From positions 21,914,084 to 21,978,083 of the forward strand of contig NC_090407.1 in assembly GCF_036365525.1 (NCBI RefSeq): 64,000 nucleotides of DNA, read 5' to 3'. Under the pieces are notes generated by a model, which was given only the letters and a program-made list of their open reading frames with translations, ran no database searches and was not told where the DNA came from. How positions within the stretch are numbered: the stretch's first letter is position 1; every line of letters starts with the position of its first letter. Made by a program: the position numbers and the translations under genes. The DNA comes from Heterodontus francisci. Taxonomy: Eukaryota. Positions 50,832 through 63,598 of this stretch are shown here, piece by piece.

Positions 50832-53800
50832 ATCTTCCGCGGGACTCCTGTCTCTGCTTGCTAGCTGGGAGCAATGCTTTGTTCTGACTCTGACAATCTT
50901 TCTCATGAGATGCGAACACTTGTGAGACTGTGGTGCTAAGAGGGATTTGTTTTTCTTTTTTGGTGAGACTTATTAACCCTTTTGCCAGCACAAATACCCT
51001 GATTCAAACTTGGAACAGTACATTTCCTGAATAACGTAAATCAATTTCTTAGTTTGCACTACAAAGTTTAGATTGAGCAAAATCAAAGCTTATGTTTGTG
51101 TGCGTCTCTGGCTCAATAATAACTCACTGAAAAATGAACCAACACAAGTTATTTGATACACTAGCTTTATCCCAGCTCGTTATTCTGAGTGTTTGTGATG
51201 TCCACACACAGTGTAGGCGAAGGGGATACTCTTTGCTCCGTGGACATTACATGCTGGGGGATTTGATGTAATGTAAGGGGGATGTAGAATGAGAGATAGC
51301 ATTTCTGACTTATTTGAAGCAATACCCAAATTGAAGAGCTGCCTTGTGACACCAGTCTCAGTGGGTCTGGGGCTTGGGATGTGAGTGTGAGTCTCTGGGT
51401 CTGGGGATGAGGGTGCAGAGCACGGTCTGAAGGTGTGCAGTGGGAGTCTGTGACTGACTTCACAGTTGCTCACTGCTTCAGCCTGATCTGATGGGATCCT
51501 GCTTTTCTGCTGAGCTGAGACTCAGTCAAATTTCACCAAACCTAACTGTTCTAAATCCCAAATCATCCCAGTCTCTGAAATGATTTCCTGAAGCTGGAAA
51601 TTCTATACGGAATGCAGTGATGACCAGGTTAGGGTTTGATATAAACTGGTAAAGTAAACTTGTGGTTAATCAATGTCAACGAAATCCCCGAGACATGATC
51701 TGGTCTGTTCTCTCTAATGTAAGCAAGCGGAGTTTTGGAGCAGGTGGGGGATCTTACTCCATTATGTTTTGCAGGTGGGAGTAGGATGGACAGCCCCTAT
51801 GACCAATCACAATTTTTAAATAGAGCACCGCCGGGCCATAAATTGGAGGTTTTTGACTGTGTTACCAGGGAGAGTGGACCTTGTGTGTATCCTTAGTGCC
51901 TGATCAAATAATCAGACATCAGAAAATCCAAAACATTGCACTTTTGTCTTTCACTGAAAAAAAAGCTGTGCTGTGAAATGGGTCAACAATTGGACCATTG
52001 ACACAGAGTTGCAGGACTGGGTGTCAGAGAGTTCATCAAGTGAGGTGCCAAAACATTCAGCCCAGCAGGCTCCCACATTCAGTCTCCAGCCCCTGGGATT
52101 CCTGCTCCTGCTTGCTGATGTCTGTGGATAACAGGAGCTAACAGGCTCTGGCTTAGCATGCAATGCCCCCACAGTTGAATAGCCAGCCTCTACCGCTGTC
52201 TCTTATGATGTCTGAGCCTGACATCATTTGCAACAAATAGATAGGCACTTGGATGAGGTACCAGAGGGCAGCTGATGCTCACGGGATGGTATGGGACTGT
52301 ACCCTGTTAATGCCCCCCCCCCCCACCTCACCAGCTTCACTCAAATCGGGAAGTCACTGCCCCTTCAGACTCCCTTTGGGCAGGGTTTGCTGGGGGCTCT
52401 TGGGCTGGCGGTGAATTTTTTTTTAACCCGCTGTAGTCGGCTGTGAGTGAGATTTACTGATTTATTTATGGACTGTGCCTATGTTTGCATGTTCCCTGTG
52501 TCATATTCACTTCACAGAGGCTTCTGCAGTGTCCTACAAATACAATTTGAGGCAAGGAGCTGTAAATAATCAGGCTGACAAACATAGTTTGTCTCTTAAC
52601 TCTCCATTAATGCACTAGTAAACCTTGCTCTGAAATTGCTGTTATTCCAGGATATAGAGGGAGCCATTCTTTGCCCTTGCGGCTTTATAATCAGCCTCTG
52701 TTCATTTATTTCATGGTTAACCAAGGAGTAAAAGAGAGTGTGTTTGCCCAAGAGCAGCCAACGGTTTCTGCACAGCAGGTACATGGGGAAGTGCCATTGT
52801 GCTACTGGAAGGACACCCTGAGCTCTGTGAAATACAGATACTTAATACTCACCCTTCAGACCAGACTCATTTAAACAAAACGTTTCATGTTGCTGACCCT
52901 GTTCATTCAGCAGCAGCTGGTGAATAGATGAAAACAAACTAACCATCAAACCAGCCGTGATTCATTTACAGGAGGGATGTTATTTTTCACTTTTATTGTC
53001 TTCCACTTTGGTGCCTAAGGGTTATTTACTATTACAGATGGTGCAGATCTTCAATCTGCCCAGCAGTATGTGGGCCTTGGTCCTGACATTGTCCACTCCT
53101 AGAGGCTGTAGTCTCAAGCCCATTCTCTCCAGTTCCTCAGCCTGCTCTTTAGGCAGCTGCCAAGAACAAATGAAACATATCCCCATATTGAGGGACAATC
53201 AGATGAACAGTTTCTCGTTCACTTTCTCCAGCTGTGCTCACTTGTGCCAGTTTACAAAGCAGCATCCACGGGGCCTGGGACCAGTTTGGCTGAAAGAACT
53301 CCTGGCTGTATAATGGTGTGTGTTGGAAAATAACTTCAAATTAGAGTACAAACCAGACCGAAAATAATTATTAGTACCATTCATTTTCACTCCCCTTGTA
53401 CACTGGGAAGTTCCCTGATTATTAATGCCTTTCATTGTAAATGCCCCGAATGTTAGTACCATACTTTGTTATTACCTTGAATCTTGGTACTATTCATTGT
53501 TACTGCCCTGAGTGTTTGTACTATCCATTATTCCAACCCTAATAATATCAACCTTTGTTACCGCCCTGTGTTATTACTGCCCTGATCACTTTTACTAGGG
53601 CTCCAGTCAGGATAGTAGAAATTCCCTTGCCTTGTCTGATCTGATTTCCTGTTGGACTCTGGCTTCTGGCTTGGTTGAGTTGCTTTTTGCAGGATGATAG
53701 TTTCACAAGTTTCCAAGTCCGTTGGTTACAGTTTTCTCTCTTGTCAATTAAACAGGATATCATAAGAATTTGATGAAATGATACTTGTCCCTTTTCATCA

Positions 53801-54679
53801 TCATCTCGTGTGGCTGTTAACATCTATAGGTTTAGAGGATTAGAAGGTGACGTGGCCATCAGCATCGGGTGAGAGTGTCTACAAACCAATCTTTCTTTTT
53901 CAATAAATAAAGGGCACTGCATTAATTTATTTGCTAAAAGAATGTGAAATTGAATTAGACACTGGATGTTAGACAACCTGCAGTGAAGCTCTCGCTTGTA
54001 GCCTTGTGTGGCTTTAACTGATCATAGCTGAGATTGAACTGGGATTCCAGACAGAAATCCACCTGAAAATCCATGGCTTCATCGTTATCTCCAGTAAAAG
54101 TCGCCTCACATTTTCCAGCATGATATGGGATGAGCAATTCCTTGTGCTGGATGAAAGAATCCTTTTCTGAATCAGTTGTGTGACTTTTTCATTGCTAGAT
54201 TCAAAATTGTTATTTGGGGAGAGAACTGTGGGAAATAGTTTGATTAGAAGTGAATGTTGTGGGGTGAAATTGCTGGGTGATTTTTTAACAGCGCTGTTAA
54301 CCGTTTGAAATAAACACCATTGTGACAAATGACATCTGCTTCAATTCTGGATTGATTGAGAACTGGTTACATATTTGTGGCTTTTTTACAATTATTTCAT
54401 GAACAGCATTACCAACACTGGTAGCTTTTAAATATGTTATCTTCTATTTTTCAGTGTTAATTACATATTTCAGTGAGCTGTGCCATTTTCTGTTGTCACA
54501 TCAAACCTGAGGCTGTTGCTCAGTGTCTGTGAGAATTTCTTGAACACAATGGCCAGAGCTACCTGCACTATTTCTATAACCTCAAACGTTAATTTAATTC
54601 ACTGTCCTATTTCATTTTAATCCCTGCTGTGAAACGATTTATTGTGGCATCGCTGCCATTTATGGACATTGAAAGAACC

Positions 54680-55000
54680 GCTCCCGGTTCTTCAGTAGCT
54701 GAGCCATTAACCGGAGGTGCTAAGTTCAATCCCCAGTCCACGCTGAGTCAGCTTACTTTTGTCAGGGCACCGGCTCAAGGGTGGCTAGAGTTGGGTTCTG
54801 TATCCCGGCATTAGGGAGGGGAGAATGAGCCAAGGTTCCTGCTCTTGATCAGTACTTAGTACCTCCTATCAGACAGCGTATGTATTTGGATGTTGGTCAT
54901 GGATGTGATGCATCCTGCAGTTGAATAAACCTGTCAACACTCAGCCTAAACTCTCAATAAATAATGGCACTTGGGTGAGGTAACAGGATGTCCAACTCCC
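54680..55000 (+). repeat. Old SINE-like repeat; related pieces near 43135-43185 and 52080-52300
   Basis: Shared GGGAGGGGA..AGCCA(A/G)GGTTCCTGCTC(C/T)TGAT and GGCACTTGG.TGAGGTA motifs. Confidence 0.45.
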
Positions 55001-55159
55001 ATCGACCCATACCCGAGTGATAGTTAATACCTGTGGATCTGCAGCCCAGTGAGAGTCAGAAATGATGGAATAGTGTAGAGGGAGAATTACTTTACCCTGT
55101 ACTATACCTGACCTGGGAGAGTTTGACAGGTATACTACAGATTCACTGGATGATGCCTG

Positions 55160-55530
55160 GTGTGTATGTATAGTATACACAAATCTAAAGCCTCAACATC
55201 CTTCCTATAATGTGGACCCAAAACTTCTCTCTCCAGTTGTGGTCTTACTGAGGTTTTATACAGATTCACTGTTACATACCGATTTCTATATTCAGTACCA
55301 CTTGCCATTAAAACCCAGTATTCCATTAGCTTTTTATGACCTTATCCACTTGAGGTGCTGTTTTTAATGCTGTGAGCCTGAACCCTCAAATCCCTCTGCT
55401 CTTCTACATCATCCAGCCTTCCCCTAAAGTATAATTATTGCTTACATTTTGGTAAAAAATACATCACCTCACATTTACTGCTGTTGAGTTCCTCCTGCCA
55501 CATCTTTGCCCATTCCAACATCTTATCTGC
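55160..55530 (-). mobile_element. Old CR1 fragment
   Basis: NLYKTSVRPQLE..PHYRKDVEAL. Confidence 0.7.
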
Positions 55531-56245
55531 TACAGAAACTTTTGAAACCCGATGGGATGTGTAAGACACGATTAAAACAGCCACCATAAAACCTTAAATA
55601 CACTAACACTGAGATCCAACTTTACAAGTGGGTGGAGCAAGTTTGAAATTTGGTATCGAATCATGGGTTTCAGAATAATTAAGTAAGAAGAATGAAGATT
55701 ATCTAAAGTTGGATTACATGATTATCTTTTACTCTTAACTATCTCTTTGTAATGAAAGCTAAAAGAAGTCTATTGATAATTAAAAGTTACAGAAATAAGA
55801 GGAAAGTATGTAATGTTACTAAATTCCTGGCGGAGTGAGACATTTTATAGTCAGAAAATGGAATTTAAGAATTATTCACACAAACATGTTCCCAGGTAAC
55901 TAGTTCAGGGTGTCATGGTATTGAGAGCAGACGGTACAGCATGAGGAGGACGTGTTAGAATCTGAGCGCACAGGCTGTGGGCTTGTTGAATCCGCCAGGA
56001 GGCCTTTGTGCAACTTGAAATGACAGCAAGAGGCTGCAGGCCAGTTCTATGCTGGCTCCAATGGCTGTTAGTAATGATGCTACCCCAGCATTTCTTCCTG
56101 GGCACTCACCACTGAAACTCTTATGCCGGGATAAATGTTAATGAAAATCCAACCGACACTCCCCTGTTTACATTTGAGCAGAGGGAATTTAGCCTCTCCT
56201 GTTTCTCTAGAATTCAGAAACAAAACCCATGGCAACGTCGGCAGG

Positions 56246-59200
56246 TTTTTTTTTCCCCAAAAGTATACTTTATTCAGAAAAATCTGTTAAAATAAAATAC
56301 ATTACAAAACAATTCAAAACAGCACCAAGTTGATATTCCAGAAAGTGCAAAGGAAATCAGTTTTCTTCAATACAGGAGTGAGTTGCCTCCCAACCCTTGC
56401 ATTCCATTTTACATAGAATGTACATTTTACAGCAAACCCATATTTGGTGTATACAGCCCGAGGGGTTTTCCATGGGTCCAGTCCCTTGGTTCACTGGCGG
56501 GAGGACCTTACACAGTGGTCTTTCTCCATTGAGCCTTTGCGGCGGCAGCCCCAAGCTTTATTGGGTCCCTCAGCATGTAGTCCTGGACCTTGGTCTGCAA
56601 CACTCAGTCATGGACAACTCTTTGCACTGTAAGACCAGCAAGTTTCAGGCAGACCACAGAGCATCCTTCATCGAATTGATGGTTCTCCAGCACCAGTTGA
56701 TGTTTATCTCGGTGCGCGTCCCTGGGAACAGCCCATAGAGCACAGACTCCTGTGTTATAGAGCTGCTTCGGATGAACCTCGACATAAACCACTGCATCTC
56801 TTTCCACACCTGCTTTGCAAAGACACATTCCAGAAGGAGGTGGGCAACAGTCTCTTCCCCACCACAGCGACCTCAAGGGCAGCCTGTGGAGGTGGTGAGA
56901 TTCCAGGCGTGCAGGAAGGATCTGACGGAGAGGGTCCTTCTCACCACCAGCCAAGCTACATCTTGGTGCTTGTTTGAAAGTTCTGGTGATGAGGCATTCT
57001 GCCAAATGACTTTGGCGGTCTGCTCGGGGAACCATATGACAGGATCCACCATCTCCTTTTCCCGTAGGGCCTTGAGGACATTCTGTGCAGACCACTGCCT
57101 GATGGATTGGTGGTCAAAGGCATTTTTCTGTACAAACTTTTCCATGAAGGATAGGTGGTACGGCACAGACCAACTGGATGGAGCATTCCATGGCAATGTG
57201 GCCAGTCCCATCCTTCACAGCACCGGGGACAGATAGATCCTCAGCACGTAGTGACATTTGGTGTTTGCATTCTGGGGTTCTATGCACAGCTTGATGCAGC
57301 CGCACATGAAGGTGATCATTAGGATGAGGGCAATGTTGGGTACGTTTGTTCCGCCTTTATCCAGAGGTTTGAGTATCGTGTCCCTCCGGAACCGGTCCAT
57401 TTTGCATCTCCAAATAAAGCGGAAAATGGCTCAGGTGACCGCCATGGCACAGGGGTGGAATTTGGGACAGACCTGCGCCACATACAGCAACAACGTGAGC
57501 GCCTCACACCCAATGACCTGTTTCTTACCCGCAATGGAGAGAGATCACTGCTCCCACATGCTGAGTTTATGGTGTACCATGGCTAAGCGCTCCTTCCAGG
57601 TTTTTGCGCACGCCCTGGCCCTTCCAAACCATATCCCCAGCACCTTTGGGTAGTCTGACCTGACGGTGAAGGGGACAAGGGATCGGTCAGCCCAGTTCCC
57701 AAAGAACATGGCCTTGTTCTTGCCGTGTTGTACTTTGACTCCCAAGGCTAGTTCGAACTGGTCACAGATGCACAGTCTGTGGATGGACAGCAGATCCAAG
57801 CAGAAGACGGCAACGTCGTCCACGTACAGGGAGGCTTTGACTTGACTGCCTCTGCTGCCAGGAATTGCCACTCCTCTTATGTCCGCATCCTTCCTAATGG
57901 ACTCAGCAAAGGGTTCGATACAGTGAACAAACAAGACTGGAGAGAGGACAGCCCTGTCTGACTCCAGATGTGATCGGGAAACTTTCTGATTCCCACTCAT
58001 TGAGACTGTACTAACGATGTTTGTGTAGAGCAGTTTGATCCAATTGCGGATTCCCTCCCCAAACCCCATTTTGGAGACCACGTCCATCATGTATGTGTGC
58101 GATATCCTGTCAAAAGCCTTCTCCTGGTCCAAGCTGATGAGGCAGGTGTCCACCCCCCCTGTGCCGTACATAGGCCATCGTATCCCTGAGTAGCGCAAGA
58201 CTATCAGAGATCTTCCTGCTGGATACAGTACAGGTCTGGTCAGGGTGAATCAGCAACTCCAGAGCAGACTTGACCTGACTGGTGATGACTTTGGACAGAA
58301 TCTTGTAGTCTACATTAAGCAGTGAGATGGGCTGCCAATTTCTGATTTCCGCCTCCTCTCCCTTCCGCTTGTAGATGAAGGTGATGATGCCTTTCCTCAT
58401 GGATTCTGACATGCTGCCGGCCAGAAGCATATTCTCGTACACTTCCAGCAAGTCTGCACCGATCCAGTTCCACAGAGTCGAATACAACTCAACCGGTAAG
58501 CCATTGCTTCTGAGAGTTTTACTCGTCTCAAAGGACCTGACAGCCTTTGTCAGCTAGTCCAGAGTTAGCGGTTTGTTCAGATCCTCCCGTATGCTGTCAT
58601 CTAAGACCTCCGTGATAGATGACAGGAAGGACTGGGAGGCCGTGCTGTCCATGGGCTTCACATTGTACAGTCCAGCATAAAAGGATTTGCTAATCCTTAG
58701 TATGTCAGACTGCGAAGGCGTTACCAAGCCATCCTCTTTCTTCAGGCTGCTGATCGCAGAGCTCTCTGTGTGTACTTTTTGGAAGAAGAAACGCGAGCAC
58801 ATCTCACCCTGCTCATCGGAGAGGACTCTGGACTGGAAGATAATCTTGGTGGCCTGCAATGGCAAAGAGCGAGGCCTGCTGGCTCTTCACCTCTTGGAGA
58901 TCCTCCTTGACCTCGACACCCATCGACTGCAGCCGGAGCAGATTTTGCATTCTTTTCTGGAGTCGTGACATTTCCCTCTGTCTCTCTCTCACCCTCTGAA
59001 CACCTTTGAAGATAAAGGACCTCTTGATGTTCGCCTTGATCGCATCCCACCAGTGCACCAGAGACTCAAAGAGGGGTTTCATGGTTCTCCAACCTTTGTA
59101 ATTCCTTTTGAGTTCCTCAGTGTTCTCTGGGGTTAGCAGTGTAACATTTAGCTTCCATGTCCCCCTGCCAACCCACTGGTTGTCCTATAAGTGACAGTCA

Positions 59201-61464
59201 GCCAGTAAGAGGCAGTGGTCAGAGAAAAACACTGGCTCGACGTCGGTGGATCTGACTGTGAAAGCTTGGGACACAAACAGGAAGTCAATCCTGAAACAGG
59301 CAGACTCATCCGGTCTTGACCAGGTGTATCTACGCTGTGCTCCGTCTGCAGGTTTGCTGAAGACGTCGTGCAACTTGGCATCTTTTACTGTTTCCATTAG
59401 GAATCTGGACGTAGCGTCCAGTTTGCTGTCATCACTGCCGATCGTCCAGCTGTGTTAATGATGCAGTTGAAGTCACCGCCGAGAATGAATGGCCTGGATG
59501 TCGCCAGCAGCAGTGGGACCTGCTGGAAGATGGTCAGCCGCTTGCTGTATTGAACCGGGGCGTACACGTTGATTAACCAGAGCAGAGCATTGATGTACAT
59601 TACATCTGCATACGAGGAGGCGACTGCCCACCACCTCCTGAACTGCAGAGATAGTGACGTTGCCTCCCCGCAGCAGAATACCCAAGCCGGAGGAAGGAGA
59701 ATAATTTCTCCCTGACCAGACCAGCCCATTGGACCACCATTGCCTGTAGGTGCTGATGTGCAGAATTCCACACTCCTGCAGAAACAGCAGGTCGGCTTTG
59801 ACCTTGGCGAGGTAGTCCAAGGTTGTAACACATTGCGTAGTGGATTTAACGGTATGCACGTTAATCGAAGTAATCTTTATACCCATTTTACAGTTGGGTG
59901 TTGCTTACCACACCAGGTGTCCTTGCTAGTCCCAGTTCTTGAGTATGTTCCTGCATACCCATAATGTACACAAGCTGTTTCACATTTGTTAGACTCAGAA
60001 ACCCCTCCTGGTTACTCATGGGGGGTTTGTTCCACTGGGGTGACATCGGGGGGGGTCTTGTAGGCAGCAAGGCTTGGGCTATCCTCTGCTGGTGGTGTCT
60101 TTCCCCTCTGTCCCTCCTCGAAGCCATCACTGCTCCCGGCTTCCCGGAGCTGGAGTGCGCCAGACGCTTCGCTGCTCTCAGACTCCCGGAGCTGGGGTGT
60201 GCTGGGCATCTCGCTGGGTTCAGCGCTTTGAGGTTGGGGCGCGCTGGGCCCGTCACAGCTTCCAGTGCCCGAGAGCTGGGGGGCTTTCTCTTCCAATTCC
60301 TTTGAGTTCTGCCGCTTCTTTTGGAGGTGCCGTCTTTCCGGCCCTTCCTCATCCAATGAGGAGAAGCTGCCGTAGTCTGTCTCCTCTTGCCACTCGTTTG
60401 GGTGGTGACCTGTTCCTTTTTTGGAGGCTTCTTTGTGGTTTTCCTTTTCACCACTTGCCACTGACCAGTTTATCTATCTGCTGCCTCCGCCTCCATTGAT
60501 ATTGTCTGTAGAGGAGGAGTTTCCGGGCACGGGGTAGGTGTTGGATTGCTGGTTGCAGCTGCCTACCCTTTCTTCTCCTTCTCAAATTGACTTTCCTTGC
60601 TGCGGGGAGGATTTCTTGTCTCCTTCCCAGCACCAGATGCGTTCACCGTTCCTTCTCCCGGCCTTTCCTTGGACCTTACCGCCTGTGCATAACTGAGGTA
60701 GGTTTTGTCGAGGTGGTCTGTCCCTCTGCACAGATTGCAGCACTTACTCTGTTTACAGTTCTTGGTCTCATGGCCTTCCTTCTTGTAGTTCTTGCAGACG
60801 ACTCTGCTGCAGTTGGCCGCCACAAGACCAGATTTGCCACAGGTACGACAAACTCTGGGCTGCCCCGCATAGACCAGGAAGCCTCGACTTGCCCTGATAG
60901 TGAAGCTGGAGGGAGGACGGATGATGGCTCCATTGGCATCAACCTTCAAGGTAACCTTGACCTGCCGTTTGCTGGTCCAAATCCCAAATGGGTCCTTGAC
61001 ATCAGCGTTGCTGCCGGCCACCTTGACGTATCTGGCAAGGAAGATGAGTACATCTGTGACAGGAACATGGAGATTGTCATCACCCGGTCGTGTTGCAACA
61101 GCAGCGTGAAGAGTGGCTCCACTGTGAGGATCGACAGTGGCACCTAGTTTCCACTCTCCTTGAACACCTTCAGGAACTTGATCCCGCCACATTCATGAAC
61201 GTCATGTTGAAATATCCACTGCTGGGGAAATCCTGCAGGCAGAAGATGTTTGCAGCTTGGAATCTGCAGCAATCCATAAGGATTTTCTTAATGAAGAAGG
61301 TGCGGTCAACTGGTGCACCTCCTTCATTACCCTTCACCTTCACCCGAAAGGTGTTAAGCACTCCCTGGCCTGAAGCTCTAGAATTGGTTACAGCCATTTT
61401 GCTCAAAATTTACCTGGAACATGATCAAAGGCCACTGATCATGGTCTCTCCCTTGCCAGGTAAC
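56246..61464 (-). mobile_element. Full-length, decayed Tx1-clade LINE with U1 snRNA-derived head
   Basis: ORF1 ATG 61397 to stop 59888 (ZCCHC3-like N-terminus, three zinc knuckles); ORF2 ATG 59886 to about 56508 (APE SINV/LQE/GDFN/SDH, RT LDQEKAFD/YVDD, CCHC); AATAAA plus poly(A); flanking duplication A(n)CCTGCCGA. Confidence 0.95.
61432..61463 (-). pseudogene. U1 snRNA 5' fragment forming the LINE head
   Basis: TTACCTGGCAAGGGAGAGACCATGATCA-GTGG; 26/28 to U1 nt 5-32 as recalled. Confidence 0.8.
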
Positions 61465-61472
61465 TCGGCAGG

Positions 61473-62203
61473 TTTTTTTTTTCTCAAAAATATACTTCAT
61501 TCATAAAAATCTGTTAAAAAAAATATATACATTACAACACAGTTCAAAACAGCACCAAGTTGACATTCCAAAAAGTGCAAAGGAAATCAGTTTTCTTCAA
61601 TACAGGAGTGGGTTTCCTCACAACCCTTCCATTCCATTTTACATGCCATGTACATTTTACAGCAAACCCATATTTGGTGTATACAGCCCAAAGGGTTTCC
61701 CATGTGTCCAGCCCCTCAGTTCACTATGGTGGGAGGACCTTACACAGTGGTCTTTCCCCATTAAGCCTTTGCTGCGGCTGCCCCAAGATTTAGTGTGTCC
61801 CTCAGCACATAGTCCTGGACCTTGGAATGTGCCAGTCCGCAACATTCGGTCGTGGACAACTCTTTGCGCTGGAAGACCAGCAAGTTTTGGGCAGACCAAA
61901 GAGCATCTTTCACCGAATTGATGGTCCTCCAGCAGCAGTTGATGTTTATTTCGGTGTGCGTCCCTTGGAACAGCCTGTAGAGCACAGACTCCTGTGTTCA
62001 AAAGCTGCTCGGGATGAACCTCGACAAAAACCACTACATCTCTTTCCACTCCTGCCTTGCAAAGACATATTCCAGAAGGAGGTGGGCAACTGTCTCTTCC
62101 CCACCACAGCCACCTTGAGGGCAGCGTGCAAAGGGGGCGAGACTCTGGGCATGCAGGAAGGATTTGACAGGGAGGGCCCTTCTCACTACCAACCAAGCTA
62201 CCT
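61473..62203 (-). mobile_element. Tx1 3' fragment directly upstream of the full-length copy
   Basis: CPQGGCGGEETVAHLLLE, AATAAA-like signal, poly(A) abutting CCTGCCGA. Confidence 0.9.
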
Positions 62204-62750
62204 CTTTTTTTTCCCCCAAAAATATATTATTCATAAAATTTGTAAAAATACATTAAATAACACTTCAAATTTGGCATCACTTAAAGTGCAATTCAGATCA
62301 GTTTCTTTCAATACAGAACATGAGGTGCCTCACTACACTTGCCATTACAGGTTATATTTACAGTGTACATTTACATTTCATGTCAAACACTCTCTGGTGT
62401 ATACAGCTCAAGGGGTTTTACACGGGTTCCAGCCCTCGGTATACTATGGCAGGAGGGTCTTACACAGTTGCCTTTCCCCATTGAGCCTTTGTAGCGGCAT
62501 AGTTCTGAACCATGTAATGCATCAGTCTGTAATATTTGGTCATCGACAGCTCTTTGCACCGGAAGACCAGCAAGTTTCGGGCAGACCAAAGAGCGTCTTT
62601 CAATGAGTTGATGGTCCTTCAGCATCGAGGTCACGTTTCCGCACCAACGTATTTATGAGGAAGTTTGGAGGAGCTAGGGTTTGTAGCGTAATGTTTATCT
62701 CGATATTTGTCCCTGGGAACAGCCTGTAGAGTGGAGTCCTGCATTATGGA
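62204..62750 (-). mobile_element. Diverged Tx1 3' fragment (other subfamily)
   Basis: KDALWSARNLLVF-like coding remnant, related 3' UTR, poly(A). Confidence 0.8.
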
Positions 62751-62907
62751 GCTGTCCCAGTGACACAGTGATGGTGACGCTAACACGGTGACAGTGATCA
62801 ACAGTCATGGTGACCGTGATAGTTGTACTTCATGGTGACAGTGGGCTCCTCCCTCCTGGATACATGTTTTGTACAATTCCTGGTTCCCAGTTTACATTCA
62901 GCACAAA

Positions 62908-63553
62908 CCTGCCCTCGAGGTCGCTGTGGTGGGGAAGAGACGGTTGCCCACCTCCTCCTGGAATGTGTCTTTGCAAAGTAGGTGTGGAATGAGATGCAGT
63001 GGTTTTTGTCCAGGTTCATCCCAAGCAGCTCTGTAACACAGGAGTCTGTGCTCTACGGGCTGTTCCCAGGGATGCACACCGAGATAAACATCAACTGCTG
63101 CTGGAGGATCATCAATTCAGTGAAAGACGCCTTTTGGTCTGCCCAAAACTTGCTGGTCTTCCAGAGCAAAGAGTTGTCCACGACTGAATGTTGCGGACTG
63201 GCACATTCCAAGGTCCAGGACTATGTGCTGAGGGAATCACTAAAGCTTGGGGCAGCCGCAGCAAAGGCTCAATGGGGAAAGACCACAGTGTAAGGTCCCC
63301 CCACCAAGGTGAACTGAGGGGCTGGATCCATGGGAAACCCCTCAACTGTATCCAGAAAATAATTGTTTTGCTGTAAAATGTACATAGCATGTAAAATGAA
63401 ATGAAAGGGTCGTGAGGCAAACTCACTCCTGTATTGAAGGAAACTGATCTCTTTTGCACTCTTTGTATTGTTTGACTTTGTGCTTTTTGGAACTTTTGTA
63501 ATGTATTTTTTACAGTTTTTATGAATAAAGTATATTTTGGAAATTAAAAAAAA
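62908..63553 (+). mobile_element. Tx1 3' fragment, plus strand
   Basis: WFLSRFIPSSSVTQESVLYG..AAAAKAQWGKTTV-stop, AATAAA, poly(A). Confidence 0.9.
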
Positions 63554-63565
63554 CAAACCTGCCAG

Positions 63566-63598
63566 CTTACCTGGCAGGGGAGAGACCATGATCAGTGG
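63566..63598 (+). pseudogene. U1 snRNA 5' fragment forming the LINE head
   Basis: CTTACCTGGCAGGGGAGAGACCATGATCA-GTGG; 28/29 to U1 nt 4-32 as recalled. Confidence 0.85.

Noticed and set aside
56246-61464. Active Tx1 element
   Set aside because: Both ORFs carry many frameshifts and stops.
63566-63598. Functional U1 snRNA gene
   Set aside because: Only about 33 nt match; no stem-loops II-IV, Sm site, PSE or 3' box.
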